Assembly (NCBI GenBank): GCA_022709905.1
Contig: JAKLHY010000001.1
Coordinates: 77,463-141,462, forward strand
Direction: 5' to 3'
DNA length: 64,000 bases
From: Verrucomicrobiota bacterium
GTDB taxonomy: Bacteria > Verrucomicrobiota > Verrucomicrobiia > Limisphaerales > UBA1319
Both the position numbers and the translations under genes were made by a program. Below are positions 1 through 9,855 of this stretch, piece by piece; within the stretch, counting starts at the first letter, position 1, and the number at the start of each line of letters is the position of its first letter. The notes under the pieces were generated by a model, which was given only the letters and a program-made list of their open reading frames with translations, was not told the origin of the DNA and searched no databases.

Positions 1-353
1 CCTCGCACATGCTCGATGAGATTGGCCGGGTTTCAGACCGTATTGCGATGATGGTTCAGGGGCGGGTGGTATTGAACGGTCCCCTCCATGAAGTATTGGA
101 ATCTCACCGGCGGCTGGTGGTGCGTTTTCCCCAGTCTAAGGATCGGCTTTTGGCCATGCCGGGCGCCCTGGCGATCCAAGGAGGGCCCGAGGAATGGACG
201 GTGATCCGCAATGGCGGACAGGAGGCCTTTCTCAATGCGCTGCACGAAGTCCGCGGTGAGGTCGTGGAGGAGGGACAGGCCACACTGGAGGAGATTTTCC
301 ACGCGCGAGCGTCGAGGCACGCCGTGGAAACGACGGAGAATCACGCGGGTTAA
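1..353 (+). CDS. ABC transporter ATP-binding protein, C-terminal fragment (gene starts upstream of window)
   Basis: Frame is open to the window edge. The tail ...SDRIAMMVQGRVVLNGP...ATLEEIF is typical of the distal part of ABC ATPases. The stop lies 3 nt before the next membrane-protein gene. Confidence 0.7.
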   Translation, partial: SHMLDEIGRVSDRIAMMVQGRVVLNGPLHEVLESHRRLVVRFPQSKDRLLAMPGALAIQGGPEEWTVIRNGGQEAFLNALHEVRGEVVEEGQATLEEIFHARASRHAVETTENHAG

Positions 354-356
354 GGA

Positions 357-1967
357 TTGGATAGGATGCTTATGAACACGGCAATCCTCGCGATTTTTTG
401 GGAACTCGTCTGGAAGAACCGCGTGATTTTTCCGGCACTGCTTTTGCTCCTGTTCATGGGAGGGGGACTGGCCAGCGCCTTGTCGCATGCGGCGCCGGAC
501 GCCTGGTGGATTGGCCAGGCGCGAGGGGCCACTCTGGCGGCCTTTCTGGCGTCGTTGTTATTAGGAATGGCGCCGTTCACTCTGATGGAGAATCAGGCGG
601 GTTGGCGGATGAATTCGATGGTGACTCGATGGTTTGTTTTGCCGGTGCGCACGTTGTTTTTGGTGGGGGTGCCCCTGGGATTTGCGTGGGGGATGGTGAG
701 TCTGCTTTTAGTCGTTTGGAGCCTGGTATTGCATCGGGCTTTTGGCGGGGTGGACATGGCCTGTTTTACGCTGGTATTTCTCGTTGGCATCACCGCGATC
801 CAAATGTTGGCCTGGTCGATTCCCCGCAAACCCACTCCATTTTGGGTCATGGTCGCCTTCCTCTTTCTGAGCAGCCTGCTGACATCGGTGATGTTGCAGG
901 AAAGCCATGATTGGCAAGCCCGACGGACAACCACCCTTTGGGCCCTGGGAGCTCTGTTGCCGGTGATGGGTTTTGGGTGCTGGTGGGCCGCGGGCCGCAA
1001 CCGCTGCGGAGACTGGACAGGAGAAATTCCATTCATAGGGATACTAGATTTTCTGCGACGCCCTTGGCTGTTCCGGCATCGGGGGTATTCTCCCACGGCT
1101 GCCTTGTTTTGGAATGATGTTTTTCCCGCAGTGCGAACTTTCATCGCAAGCTGGATTGGTCTGGTCCTGCTGGTCGGTGGCTGGGCTTGTGTGAGCTTCT
1201 GGCTCCGGCGGCCCGATCTCAAAATCAACTGGATCATGATCGGTCGGGGCTTGCTGGAAGCGATGCCGTTTTTTGGGATCCTCTGGTTGATGGTTTGGGG
1301 GCTTTTGATGGGCGGCGAACCCGGGATGGGATTTGTCACCCGGCTCTCCGCCTTCCGCGCGACGCGCCCGGTGAGTGTGGGACTGTTGGCGGGCATGCGG
1401 CTCGCGCCATTCTGGCTGTCCTGGCTTTGCCTGTGGTTGCCGCTGGTGTTACTGCATCATTGTTTGCTCCACGATTACCAGGGGCTTCCCGCGCGCATGG
1501 GGGAGGAACTGAACCGTTCCGCCGCCGCACTCATGGCGGCGCGCATGGCATTCAGCGCGAATGTTATGGTGGGAGCCTTGCCCTTGCTGTTGCGCGGCCG
1601 GTTCGATGGATTCCCCAATCTGTTTCTGGCAACCCTGGTTGCCTGGATCTGGACCTGGGTGTTGGCGAGATTTGCCAATCAGGAAACACCGCCCGACTGG
1701 GGGGGGTGGCTTCTCGGTTGTTTGCTGGTTTTCAAGGTGGGAACGGCAATCGCAATGTCCGTCGTGAGTTGCCGCCAGGGGCTGATTAACTGGCGATTTC
1801 CCGCTGTCCTCTTTGGGGGCTGGCTACTGACCACCGGGAGCCTCATAGGTTTCCTGCCAGTCGTCCCGGTGGGAGGTTGGATCCAGGCCTGTGGGGTGGC
1901 TGTCTTGATGCCCTTGGCCAGGCTGGCCGCATGTCCCTTGGCCATGGCGGCCAACCGCTACCGATAA
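357..1967 (+). CDS. Polytopic integral membrane protein, probable permease partner of the upstream ABC ATPase
   Basis: 536-aa ORF, very hydrophobic and W/L/G-rich with many predicted TM segments. It is tightly coupled to the ABC ATPase gene. No specific family motif recognised. Confidence 0.6.
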   Translation: MDRMLMNTAILAIFWELVWKNRVIFPALLLLLFMGGGLASALSHAAPDAWWIGQARGATLAAFLASLLLGMAPFTLMENQAGWRMNSMVTRWFVLPVRTLFLVGVPLGFAWGMVSLLLVVWSLVLHRAFGGVDMACFTLVFLVGITAIQMLAWSIPRKPTPFWVMVAFLFLSSLLTSVMLQESHDWQARRTTTLWALGALLPVMGFGCWWAAGRNRCGDWTGEIPFIGILDFLRRPWLFRHRGYSPTAALFWNDVFPAVRTFIASWIGLVLLVGGWACVSFWLRRPDLKINWIMIGRGLLEAMPFFGILWLMVWGLLMGGEPGMGFVTRLSAFRATRPVSVGLLAGMRLAPFWLSWLCLWLPLVLLHHCLLHDYQGLPARMGEELNRSAAALMAARMAFSANVMVGALPLLLRGRFDGFPNLFLATLVAWIWTWVLARFANQETPPDWGGWLLGCLLVFKVGTAIAMSVVSCRQGLINWRFPAVLFGGWLLTTGSLIGFLPVVPVGGWIQACGVAVLMPLARLAACPLAMAANRYR

Positions 1968-2055
1968 GGTTTGCGCGGGGCGCTCGGATTTGATTGGTCC
2001 TATTCGACCGATAGGACAGATGCGACAGATACCACTGATAACAAAACAACATGCT

Positions 2056-3948
2056 ATGAATAAAGGACTCATCTTACCAACTGTCTTGGCGACCGGTTTC
2101 ATGCTCCTGCCGTCCAGTGCCGTTTTGCGGGCTGAGGGACCTCGGGCTGCCGAGGTGTTGGCGCGACATTTCACGGCCCTCGGTGGGACTTCGAAGCTCG
2201 AAAAAATCCAAACCATGGTTGTCAAGGCCGAGGGCCGTGAACGCCAGGACGTTTTCGACTTCACCCTCAAGATAAAACGTCCCGGCAAGATCCTGGCTGA
2301 AGCCTCCAATGCCAGGATACGGGTTCTTCAGGGACGCGATCCTCGGGCACAGTGTTGGCGCTTAGGGCCGGAGGGCCTTCAGGACATGACCGGTGCCAGT
2401 GCGAGCGAGTTTATGGACTTGGCTCTGGTGTTTTTTGGGGCTAGCCAGCTCTTTTGGAATGAGGTGTTAACCGAGGCCGTGTGTCAGTAAGAAAGAGTGG
2501 AAGATCGGGACTTCGTCGTGATCGGCAAGGCCGGTGAATCCAGTCCATTTCCCCGGCTGTTTTTCGACAAGCAAACGGGGTTGTTGTCTAAAGTGGGGCG
2601 TGTGACGGCCGAGGATTACCGCGAGGTGGAGGGGGTCAAAGTGCCCTTTCTCGCTCGAGAGGGCGACCAAGTCGTGATCCGGGTCAAAGAGGTGGCGTTT
2701 AATGCGCCACTCGAAGACAGCCTCTTTGAAAAACCCTCCGACAAGTCCGCCACAAGGCTCGCCGAGGCGATGCCGGGTCCGGCGTATGAGACGCTTCAAT
2801 CGACCTCCGGTGCTCTCGAAATTGTGCGCCGCCCGCCCGTCGCTGATTTCAGGCGGGATCGCATGGAAGTCCTGCCGCGTTATGATTCGGATTCCTCGAG
2901 GCAATGGCAGGTGGATTTGCGGGGTTATGACCTTCGCCAGCTTGATCTCAGCGATCGCTTGAATGACCTCCTGCACTCCAACTTTGACAGTCGGACGCAC
3001 TGGCCGTCCTCATTGCCGAGCGGTTTTGACCGGGATCGGATCATGGAACTGGGTAAAGATCCCGGCCTGGGGATCCGTGAACTGCATCGTCGCGGGATCA
3101 CAGGCAAGGGAATCAGCGTCGGGATCATTGATCAGACCTTGTTGGTGGATCATGTGGAATACGCTGATCGCCTGCGGTTCTACGAGGAGATACACAGCCC
3201 AAAGAATGCCCCGGCCCAGATGCATGGACCTGCCGTGGCCAGTATTGCCGTGGGCAGAAATGTGGGAGTCGCACCTGAGGCGGATCTTTACTATATTGCT
3301 GAAATGCACGGTACAAGCCGTTCCCAGGGGGACTTTGAATGGGATTTTACCTGGCTGGCCCAGTCGATCCACCGGCTCCTCGATGTGAACGCGCGACTGC
3401 CTCTGACGAACAAGATCCGAGTGATCTCCATTTCCGTGGGTTGGTCGCCGTCGCAGAAAGGATTTGCCGAAGCCCAGGCGGCTGTCGAGCGGGCCAAGCG
3501 GGAGGCGGTGTTTGTGGTCTCCACTTCGATCGAGCAATCCTACCGTCTGGCCTTTCACGGACTGGGACGTGACGCGCTGTCCGATCCCAACCTGGCGGGT
3601 TCCTATGGTCCAGGATCGTGGTGGGCCAAGATGTTTTGGGGCGGCCACCAGCAGTTTTCTCCGGGCAAACGGCTGTTAGTGCCGATGGACAGCCGTTGCA
3701 CTGCCAGTCCGACGGGCACAAACGACTACGTGTTTTATTCCAGCGGAGGCTGGAGTTGGTCTGTGCCCTGGATTTCAGGTTTGTATGCTCTGGCTTCCCA
3801 GGTCCGGCCTGATTTGACACCCGAGATCTTCTGGGCCGAGGCCCTGAAGACCGCAAAAACGATCCGCGTAAAACACGGAACAGCCGAACTGGAATTTGGT
3901 TCCATCGCCGACCCGGTGGCTCTCATCGAGCGTCTTCAGAACAAATAG
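2056..3948 (+). pseudogene. Secreted LolA-like domain + subtilisin-like (S8) serine peptidase, interrupted by an in-frame TAA at 2488-2490
   Basis: ORFs 1990..2490 and 2497..3948 share one reading frame, separated only by a TAA. Signal peptide MNKGLILPTVLATGFMLLPSSAVLRAEG. A LolA-like beta-domain reads straight through the stop (...LTEAVCQ*ERVEDRDFVVIGK...RLFFDKQTGLL...DYREVEGVKVPF). The S8 triad context is present: GIIDQ, MHGPAVASI, GGWSWSVPWISG. Confidence 0.6.
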
Positions 3949-4212
3949 AAGGTGGTCCTGCGGACAAAGGATTCAGGACTTGCCACCCCAGCGGCACTTT
4001 AGCGCTGCGGCGGATCCTTCAAATACAGCCGCGATCCGAAGTGAGCTAGACATTCGACGCCCAGCGTGACCTATTCATCGAGGATCGCTTTGACGGTGGG
4101 CCGAGGTTGTGGTTGAGTTTTCATGGTTTTGTCGCCCGAAAACTTAACCTCTCAGCCCACCGGATTGAAGTGCAGTGTTTTGCTATTCCCGTTCCGCGCA
4201 GCGGAACATCAA

Positions 4213-4268
4213 CTAACGAAGCTGCGCCTCTTATTCCGAGATCGGAATAAGAGGCGCAGCTTCGTTAG
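4213..4268 (-). terminator. 26-bp perfect hairpin (4-nt loop) overlapping the cytochrome c stop codon; probable terminator or palindromic element
   Basis: Arm 4213-4238 is the exact reverse complement of 4243-4268, with loop agat. A second small hairpin gttccgc-gca-gcggaac lies at 4191-4207. There is no strong U-tract. Confidence 0.45.
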
Positions 4269-4633
4269 GGAGTTTTCAATGTTCGAATGTAGGCAACCAA
4301 GCCCTTGATTTGCTCCTCATTCAGTTTGTCGCCATACGGCTTCATCCGCTCAACTGACTCTTTCTTTATCCCGTCCTTGATGGCCTTGAACATTTGGTCA
4401 TCGGCCATCTTCTCCTGGATCTTGACGGAGGTGAAATCGGGAACACCCAGTTTCTGGCCGAGTTTGGTATCCCCTTTACCGGTCGCGCCATGGCAGCCCT
4501 TACAGTAATAACCGTAAAGATCCGCCGCTTTTCGGGGCGGACCTGTTTGTCCTCGGGACATTGGAGGAAAGGTGATCGCAAGTCCGAGGATGACCAGAAC
4601 CCACGGGAAAGAATCCAGAGATCTCGTTTTCAT
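4265..4633 (-). CDS. Small secreted class I c-type cytochrome
   Basis: N-terminal signal peptide, one CKGCH haem-binding motif, a distal Met context (RMKPYG), and a ...EEQIKGLVAYIRTLK C-terminus. Confidence 0.85.
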   Translation of the reverse strand: MKTRSLDSFPWVLVILGLAITFPPMSRGQTGPPRKAADLYGYYCKGCHGATGKGDTKLGQKLGVPDFTSVKIQEKMADDQMFKAIKDGIKKESVERMKPYGDKLNEEQIKGLVAYIRTLKTP

Positions 4634-4752
4634 CAGAGTGATTTACGGTTTACATAAACTGAACTGATTTAACACAAGTTTGGGGATTCAGCAAATCGGG
4701 TTTGCGCGATCGCCTATTGACGCCGGGGAGGCGTCATCCGATGATGGGTTCG

Positions 4753-5676
4753 ATGAAGAACATCTTGGTCACTGGCGGCGCGGGATTCATCGGATCGAAC
4801 CTGGTGCTGGCTCTGCAGGAGCGATATCCGGACAGTTATCTGGTGGTGGTGGACGATTTCCGGTCTGGGGATTTTCGGAATCTGCGGGGTTATCGGGGAG
4901 ATGTCGTCGCGGCGGATGTGTCGCGACTGGACTGGCAGTCCCAATTCAAGGATGTGCAGTTCGATGTCATATTCCATGAGGCTTCGATCACGGACACGAC
5001 GGAACACGACCAGCGATTGCAGGTGCACGACAATGTGGAGGGATTTCGCCGTTTGCTGGAATACGCGACGCCGCATCAGATGCCGGTGGTATACGCGTCA
5101 TCGGCGGCCACGTATGGCCAGGGATCGGGGCGGATGAAGGAGGATCAGGCGCCGGCGCCGGCCAACGTATATGCGTTTGCGAAAGTGCAGTTGGATAATC
5201 TGGCTCGGCAATACGCGCGTCGTCACCCGTCCTGGCGGATTGTGGGGGTGCGTTATTTCAATGTCTACGGTCCGCGGGAAGCCCATAAGAAGGCGGCCGC
5301 CAGCATGGTGTATCAGCTCTATTGCCAGATGAAAGCGGGCCGGCGACCGCGGGTGTTTCGTGCCGGGGAACAGAAGCGCGATTTTGTCTACGTCAAAGAT
5401 GTTGTGGCTGCAACGCTCAGTGCGGTGAACGCCCCGGCAAGCACGGTTTACAACGTGGGTTCAGGCCAGCCGATTTCCTTTAACCAGGTCATTGCCGAAT
5501 TGAACAAGTGCCTCGGAACCCAGCTGGAGCCGGAGTATATCGAGAATCCTTACGAGAATTTCTACCAAACGCATACGGAGGCCGATCTGACGTTGATCCA
5601 CCGGGATTTGAAATACCAACCGCGGAAACCGGCCGAAGGCATTGCGGATTATGTGGCGTTGTTGAAGGGTCATTAG
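4753..5676 (+). CDS. hldD: ADP-L-glycero-D-manno-heptose-6-epimerase-like NAD-dependent epimerase
   Basis: VTGGAGFIGSN Rossmann motif, ASSAATYG, RYFNVYGPRE..HK, KRDFVYVKDV. Colinear with E. coli HldD/RfaD as recalled. The start is taken at MKNIL (the track ORF begins at 4702). Confidence 0.75.
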   Translation: MKNILVTGGAGFIGSNLVLALQERYPDSYLVVVDDFRSGDFRNLRGYRGDVVAADVSRLDWQSQFKDVQFDVIFHEASITDTTEHDQRLQVHDNVEGFRRLLEYATPHQMPVVYASSAATYGQGSGRMKEDQAPAPANVYAFAKVQLDNLARQYARRHPSWRIVGVRYFNVYGPREAHKKAAASMVYQLYCQMKAGRRPRVFRAGEQKRDFVYVKDVVAATLSAVNAPASTVYNVGSGQPISFNQVIAELNKCLGTQLEPEYIENPYENFYQTHTEADLTLIHRDLKYQPRKPAEGIADYVALLKGH

Positions 5677-5790
5677 AGGAGTTCAATCGCGCGCCCGCTT
5701 GAAGGCGCAGGCTTTGCTTTTAATCCTCCCATAAGACATATTGGTTAAGTTGTCCTCTTTCGAGGGCGGCGGTTTATCGGTTTTTCTTTT

Positions 5791-8700
5791 ATGTCGGATA
5801 CGTTGAACAACAACAAAGCCGCTCCTATCAGTGAGCGGCCTCCCCGGGGGCGCAGACTGCTCATCGGTTTGGCAATCCTGGTGGCGCTCCTGGTTGCGGG
5901 AGGTTTTATCGCCACGACATCGCCGGTTTTAAAGGCCCTTGTTTTGCCCAGGCTCAGCGCCGCCCTGGGGGCGAAGGTGACGGCAGGGTCCATTCGGCTC
6001 AGTCCCTGGTCGCAGCTTGCGATTCAGGAGCTGTCGGTGCACACGACGGGCGCCGAGCCGCTCTTGCGGGTGAAGGAAGCCCGTGTGAATTATCGTTTGC
6101 CGGAGTTGCTTGGGGGCGGCATTCGAATCCGGCAGGTTGACCTGGTCGGACCGGCTATTGTATGGACGCAAAATGCCGATGGAACCTCAAATCTGGATCC
6201 TTTATTCAAGGCGATGGAACCTAAGCCGGGTGCTCCGGAGAAACCTCCCGTTGCCGAGCCCTTGCGGATTGCGATCGACCAGGCTCGTGTTTCGCAAGCC
6301 AACCTGCGCATGCTCCGATATCAGAAATACAGCAGCCGGCAGACTGTGACAGTGGACAATCTGGACTTCTCGCTGGAGCAGTTGGCGAACCGTCAATCCG
6401 GCAAAGCCAGCCTGAATGCCAGTCTCAGGGCCGAGAATCTGGCCGGTGCGGCGACGCTGACCTCCTCGTCGGGGACTGTGGCCGCGGATTTGAGGAGTGA
6501 ATTTGCGTTTTCCCTTAACAACGCCCTCTGGCCCGAAGCCTTGCAGGGACGAGTCGATGTGGATGTGACTCAGGCTGTCGGGGCCTGGCGGGCCGCGCAG
6601 GGCTTGTCGATGACGTGGGACTGTGACGCCACGACGAACTTGATTCGAAGGGCGACGTTGGCCTTCAAACAAGGGGCGGAAGATCTGGCGCGCTTAAGCG
6701 TGGCCGGCTCCTATGATTTGGACAAGCGCGAAGCCGATGTGAGGGCCGAGCTGGGCGGAATCGATCGTCGGTTGCTGAACGTGTTGGGCGCGGCCAGAGG
6801 CTGGGATCTAGGTCGGTCCGTTCTGTCCGGCACCCACGCGGTCAAAATCACCGAGGGCGGCAACAGGGTGGCAGTGACCGGCGAATTGCTGGCGCGGCAG
6901 GTGAGCGTCAAGCAGACAAACTTTGCGAGTCCGGAGTTGGATATGACCGGGGCTTTCCAGGTTTCCGTGGATTGGGGGAACCAGAAGCTCCAGGTCGAAC
7001 GGCTTAGTTTTTTGGCCCGGCAGCAGGAACGCGATCTCGTGCGCGCGGCCCTGGATCGGCCCATGATTCTCGTGTGGAACACCAACGCCACGACCCTGCC
7101 GGACTCGGCTTTCGAACTCGTGGTCACCAATTTGAACCTGGCGGATTGGCAGGCCTTGAGTGACGGCAAAGTCCGGGCGGGCTCTGCCACAGCGAATATG
7201 CGTCTCCAATCCCAGCAGGCCGGGCAAAAGCTGGGCTTCGACTTGTCCGCGAACCTGACCGGATTGTCCACCCGGATGGGAACCCAGCTCATGGATGGCT
7301 TGGCCATCCGTCTGAAAACCGCGGGCCAGCTCGCCAATCTTGCGCAGCTTCGTTTGGACGCCCTCCAGTTTGAGGTCGCGCAACAAAACCGTCGTCTGAC
7401 CGAGTTGGAGGGAGCTGGATCTGTAGATTTCGCCCAGACCAACCTGCAAGCCCAAGTGAACCTCACAACCAGCTTGAGCGAGATGCTCTCCTGGATTCCT
7501 GTTCCCGATTTGCGTCTGAGCTCGGGACAGCTGCAATTCAACGGCCGGATTTCTCAAACCAACCAGATCCAAAACTTCAACGGCAGGATTTCTCTCGCCA
7601 GCCTGACGGGCGCCTATACCACTAATTACCAGTTCCAGGGATTCCAGGCGGCCGGAGATCTCGACATGGAGATGCGGGGGCAAAGGATTGAGGTGCGAAA
7701 TTCCGGCCTGTCGTTGGGGGATTCCGGCCGGGATGGCCGGCTGGATCTCAGCGGGCATTGGGACCTGGACAAGGCGGGCGGCCAACTTGCGTTCAAAGGT
7801 CAAAAGCTAACTCAGGGCGCTTTAAATCCTTTCCTCAAACCTTGGATCGCTCCGCGGGTGTTGGAGGCGGTGATCCTCGATGCCACGGGCACGGCGGTGG
7901 GCGATTCCCAGGGCATCGCCAGCCTGAAGGCCGATTTCCAGGCCGCTAATCTCAAGCTGTCCGATCCCCAGCATCGGATTCCCGTCATGCCGTTGGACCT
8001 GCGGGGATCCATCGACGCCGTGTTGCCGTTCACGATGAATTTTCAATTCAAGAACCTCGAAATCCAGACTCAATCGCAGGGCCAACCCGCCGGAGCCCTT
8101 CGCCTGAACGCTTCCCTTGACCTAGGCAATTCCACGGGCCAGGTCGCTTACCAGGTGACCCATGTCAACCAGAACCTCCTGGCGCCCTGGTTGAATCCGT
8201 TCCTGACTCCACAAACCCTTGCCTCGATCCAGATTCATAGCGCGGGCTCCGCGCGATGGGGAAGCAACTCTCAGATCACGGCAACCTGTCAGATTACCAA
8301 TCTGGTGCTCCAAGGCGAAACGGCCACCGCTCGCACATCGCCCCTTTCCTTGGACCTTCGACTGGATGGATCCCTGGCCGGCCAACAGATGGATTTGCGG
8401 GAATTGAGCCTCGCGTTGGGTCCGACAGCCCGAGCGTCAAATCGCCTCGATATCCGGGGGCGGTTTGGTTCCGGAGCGGGCGGCCAGGAATCTCCTCGCG
8501 TGACTCTGCAGAGCGAAGCCTTGGATCTCACCCCTTGGTATGACGCATGGGAAACGCTGAATCCGACCCCTCAAGCATCCGCTGCTGTCCCCCCAAAGGC
8601 CAAGGCAGGCGTGGAGCCCGACGCTATCCATCTGCCAGTAACCGATGCCGTCGTTGAACTCAAATTGGACCGCGTTTACCTGCGGGACCTCGCGATTTCC

Positions 8701-9840
8701 AACTGGGTGGCCACCGCCAGAGTCCGCGGTGATGAAATCAGCCTGAATCCCTGCCAGCTTGTGATGAACGGCGTGCCGGTCCATAGCACGCTCCTCTTGA
8801 ACCTCGGGACGCCCGGTTACACCTATGATTTTGTTCTGAAAGGTGACCGCTTGCCCCTTCGGCCTTTCATGAGCGTGATCAAGCCCGAGCTTGCCGCAGA
8901 GACCCAGGGAGATCTGAGCCTTAACGTTCAAGTTAAGGGTGCCGGAACAACAGGAGCCAACCTGCGAAAGACCCTGGCAGGCCATGCCGACTTCACCCTG
9001 ACCAATGCCCAGATCCGGCTCGCTCCGAAGTCCAACCGGCTCCTCGAGCCTGTGGCCGCGTTGCTCCGCCTTGACGAGCTGGTCAAGGCTCAAATCCTGG
9101 GCCTCCAAGCCCGCCTCCAGATGGGATCCGGAGAAGTTCTCCTCCAACCCTTGCAGGTGGATGGCGATGCCTTCCAGGCCTCGATGAAGGGTGGAATCCC
9201 GATTGCCGATATGATCGAAAATTCTCCTCTCGATTTGCCAGTCGAGTTTGCCCTCGAACGCGGACTGGCCGGCAAATCGGGGCTCCTGCCGGCCAACACG
9301 CCGACCAACCAGGCCTTCGTTAGTCTGCCCGCCTTTGCGCGAGTCCGGGGCACTCTCGGCAAACCCGAAACCCGTGCCGACAAGATGGTGATCGCCGGCC
9401 TGATCGCCCGTTCGGCCATCAATCTGCCGGGAATACGGGGTCATGGAGCCACCAATACGCTGGGAAAGATCAGTGATCTGCTCTTAGGCCCCGCACCTGC
9501 GGCGGCATCCCCCTCTGCCACGCCGGCTGCCGACGGCAAGACTTCAGAAACAACCCCGACCGAAGCCCCGCCCGCCGAAGATGCCGAAGGCACGACCGAT
9601 CCGTCTGCAACCCCCTCGAGCGATTCCGAGAGTCCGGTTACGCCCTCCTCACGTTTTTCGCTGCCCGGTTCAGCTCGAACCAACGTGGTTCGGCCGCTGA
9701 CGGTTCCTTCGACGACGGTTCGACCATCTGCATCGACGAACCAGCCCGGCCCGGCCCGTCGATCTCCTTTTTTACGAGGAGCTCCCGCCAATCCTCCAAG
9801 GAGCCCCGCCCCCAGTTCACCCTCCAAGAACAATCAGTAA
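5791..9840 (+). CDS. AsmA-family / DUF748-like large envelope protein with a disordered P/S/T/A-rich C-terminal tail
   Basis: N-terminal TM anchor (LLIGLAILVALLVAGGFIA). AsmA-like N-terminal region (RLSPWS..IQELSV...VDLVGPAIVW). AsmA_2-like C-terminal region (LAGHADFTLTNAQIRL...). The last ~130 aa are low-complexity. Confidence 0.65.
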   Translation: MSDTLNNNKAAPISERPPRGRRLLIGLAILVALLVAGGFIATTSPVLKALVLPRLSAALGAKVTAGSIRLSPWSQLAIQELSVHTTGAEPLLRVKEARVNYRLPELLGGGIRIRQVDLVGPAIVWTQNADGTSNLDPLFKAMEPKPGAPEKPPVAEPLRIAIDQARVSQANLRMLRYQKYSSRQTVTVDNLDFSLEQLANRQSGKASLNASLRAENLAGAATLTSSSGTVAADLRSEFAFSLNNALWPEALQGRVDVDVTQAVGAWRAAQGLSMTWDCDATTNLIRRATLAFKQGAEDLARLSVAGSYDLDKREADVRAELGGIDRRLLNVLGAARGWDLGRSVLSGTHAVKITEGGNRVAVTGELLARQVSVKQTNFASPELDMTGAFQVSVDWGNQKLQVERLSFLARQQERDLVRAALDRPMILVWNTNATTLPDSAFELVVTNLNLADWQALSDGKVRAGSATANMRLQSQQAGQKLGFDLSANLTGLSTRMGTQLMDGLAIRLKTAGQLANLAQLRLDALQFEVAQQNRRLTELEGAGSVDFAQTNLQAQVNLTTSLSEMLSWIPVPDLRLSSGQLQFNGRISQTNQIQNFNGRISLASLTGAYTTNYQFQGFQAAGDLDMEMRGQRIEVRNSGLSLGDSGRDGRLDLSGHWDLDKAGGQLAFKGQKLTQGALNPFLKPWIAPRVLEAVILDATGTAVGDSQGIASLKADFQAANLKLSDPQHRIPVMPLDLRGSIDAVLPFTMNFQFKNLEIQTQSQGQPAGALRLNASLDLGNSTGQVAYQVTHVNQNLLAPWLNPFLTPQTLASIQIHSAGSARWGSNSQITATCQITNLVLQGETATARTSPLSLDLRLDGSLAGQQMDLRELSLALGPTARASNRLDIRGRFGSGAGGQESPRVTLQSEALDLTPWYDAWETLNPTPQASAAVPPKAKAGVEPDAIHLPVTDAVVELKLDRVYLRDLAISNWVATARVRGDEISLNPCQLVMNGVPVHSTLLLNLGTPGYTYDFVLKGDRLPLRPFMSVIKPELAAETQGDLSLNVQVKGAGTTGANLRKTLAGHADFTLTNAQIRLAPKSNRLLEPVAALLRLDELVKAQILGLQARLQMGSGEVLLQPLQVDGDAFQASMKGGIPIADMIENSPLDLPVEFALERGLAGKSGLLPANTPTNQAFVSLPAFARVRGTLGKPETRADKMVIAGLIARSAINLPGIRGHGATNTLGKISDLLLGPAPAAASPSATPAADGKTSETTPTEAPPAEDAEGTTDPSATPSSDSESPVTPSSRFSLPGSARTNVVRPLTVPSTTVRPSASTNQPGPARRSPFLRGAPANPPRSPAPSSPSKNNQ

Positions 9841-9855
9841 CAGCGAGTCGATCTT

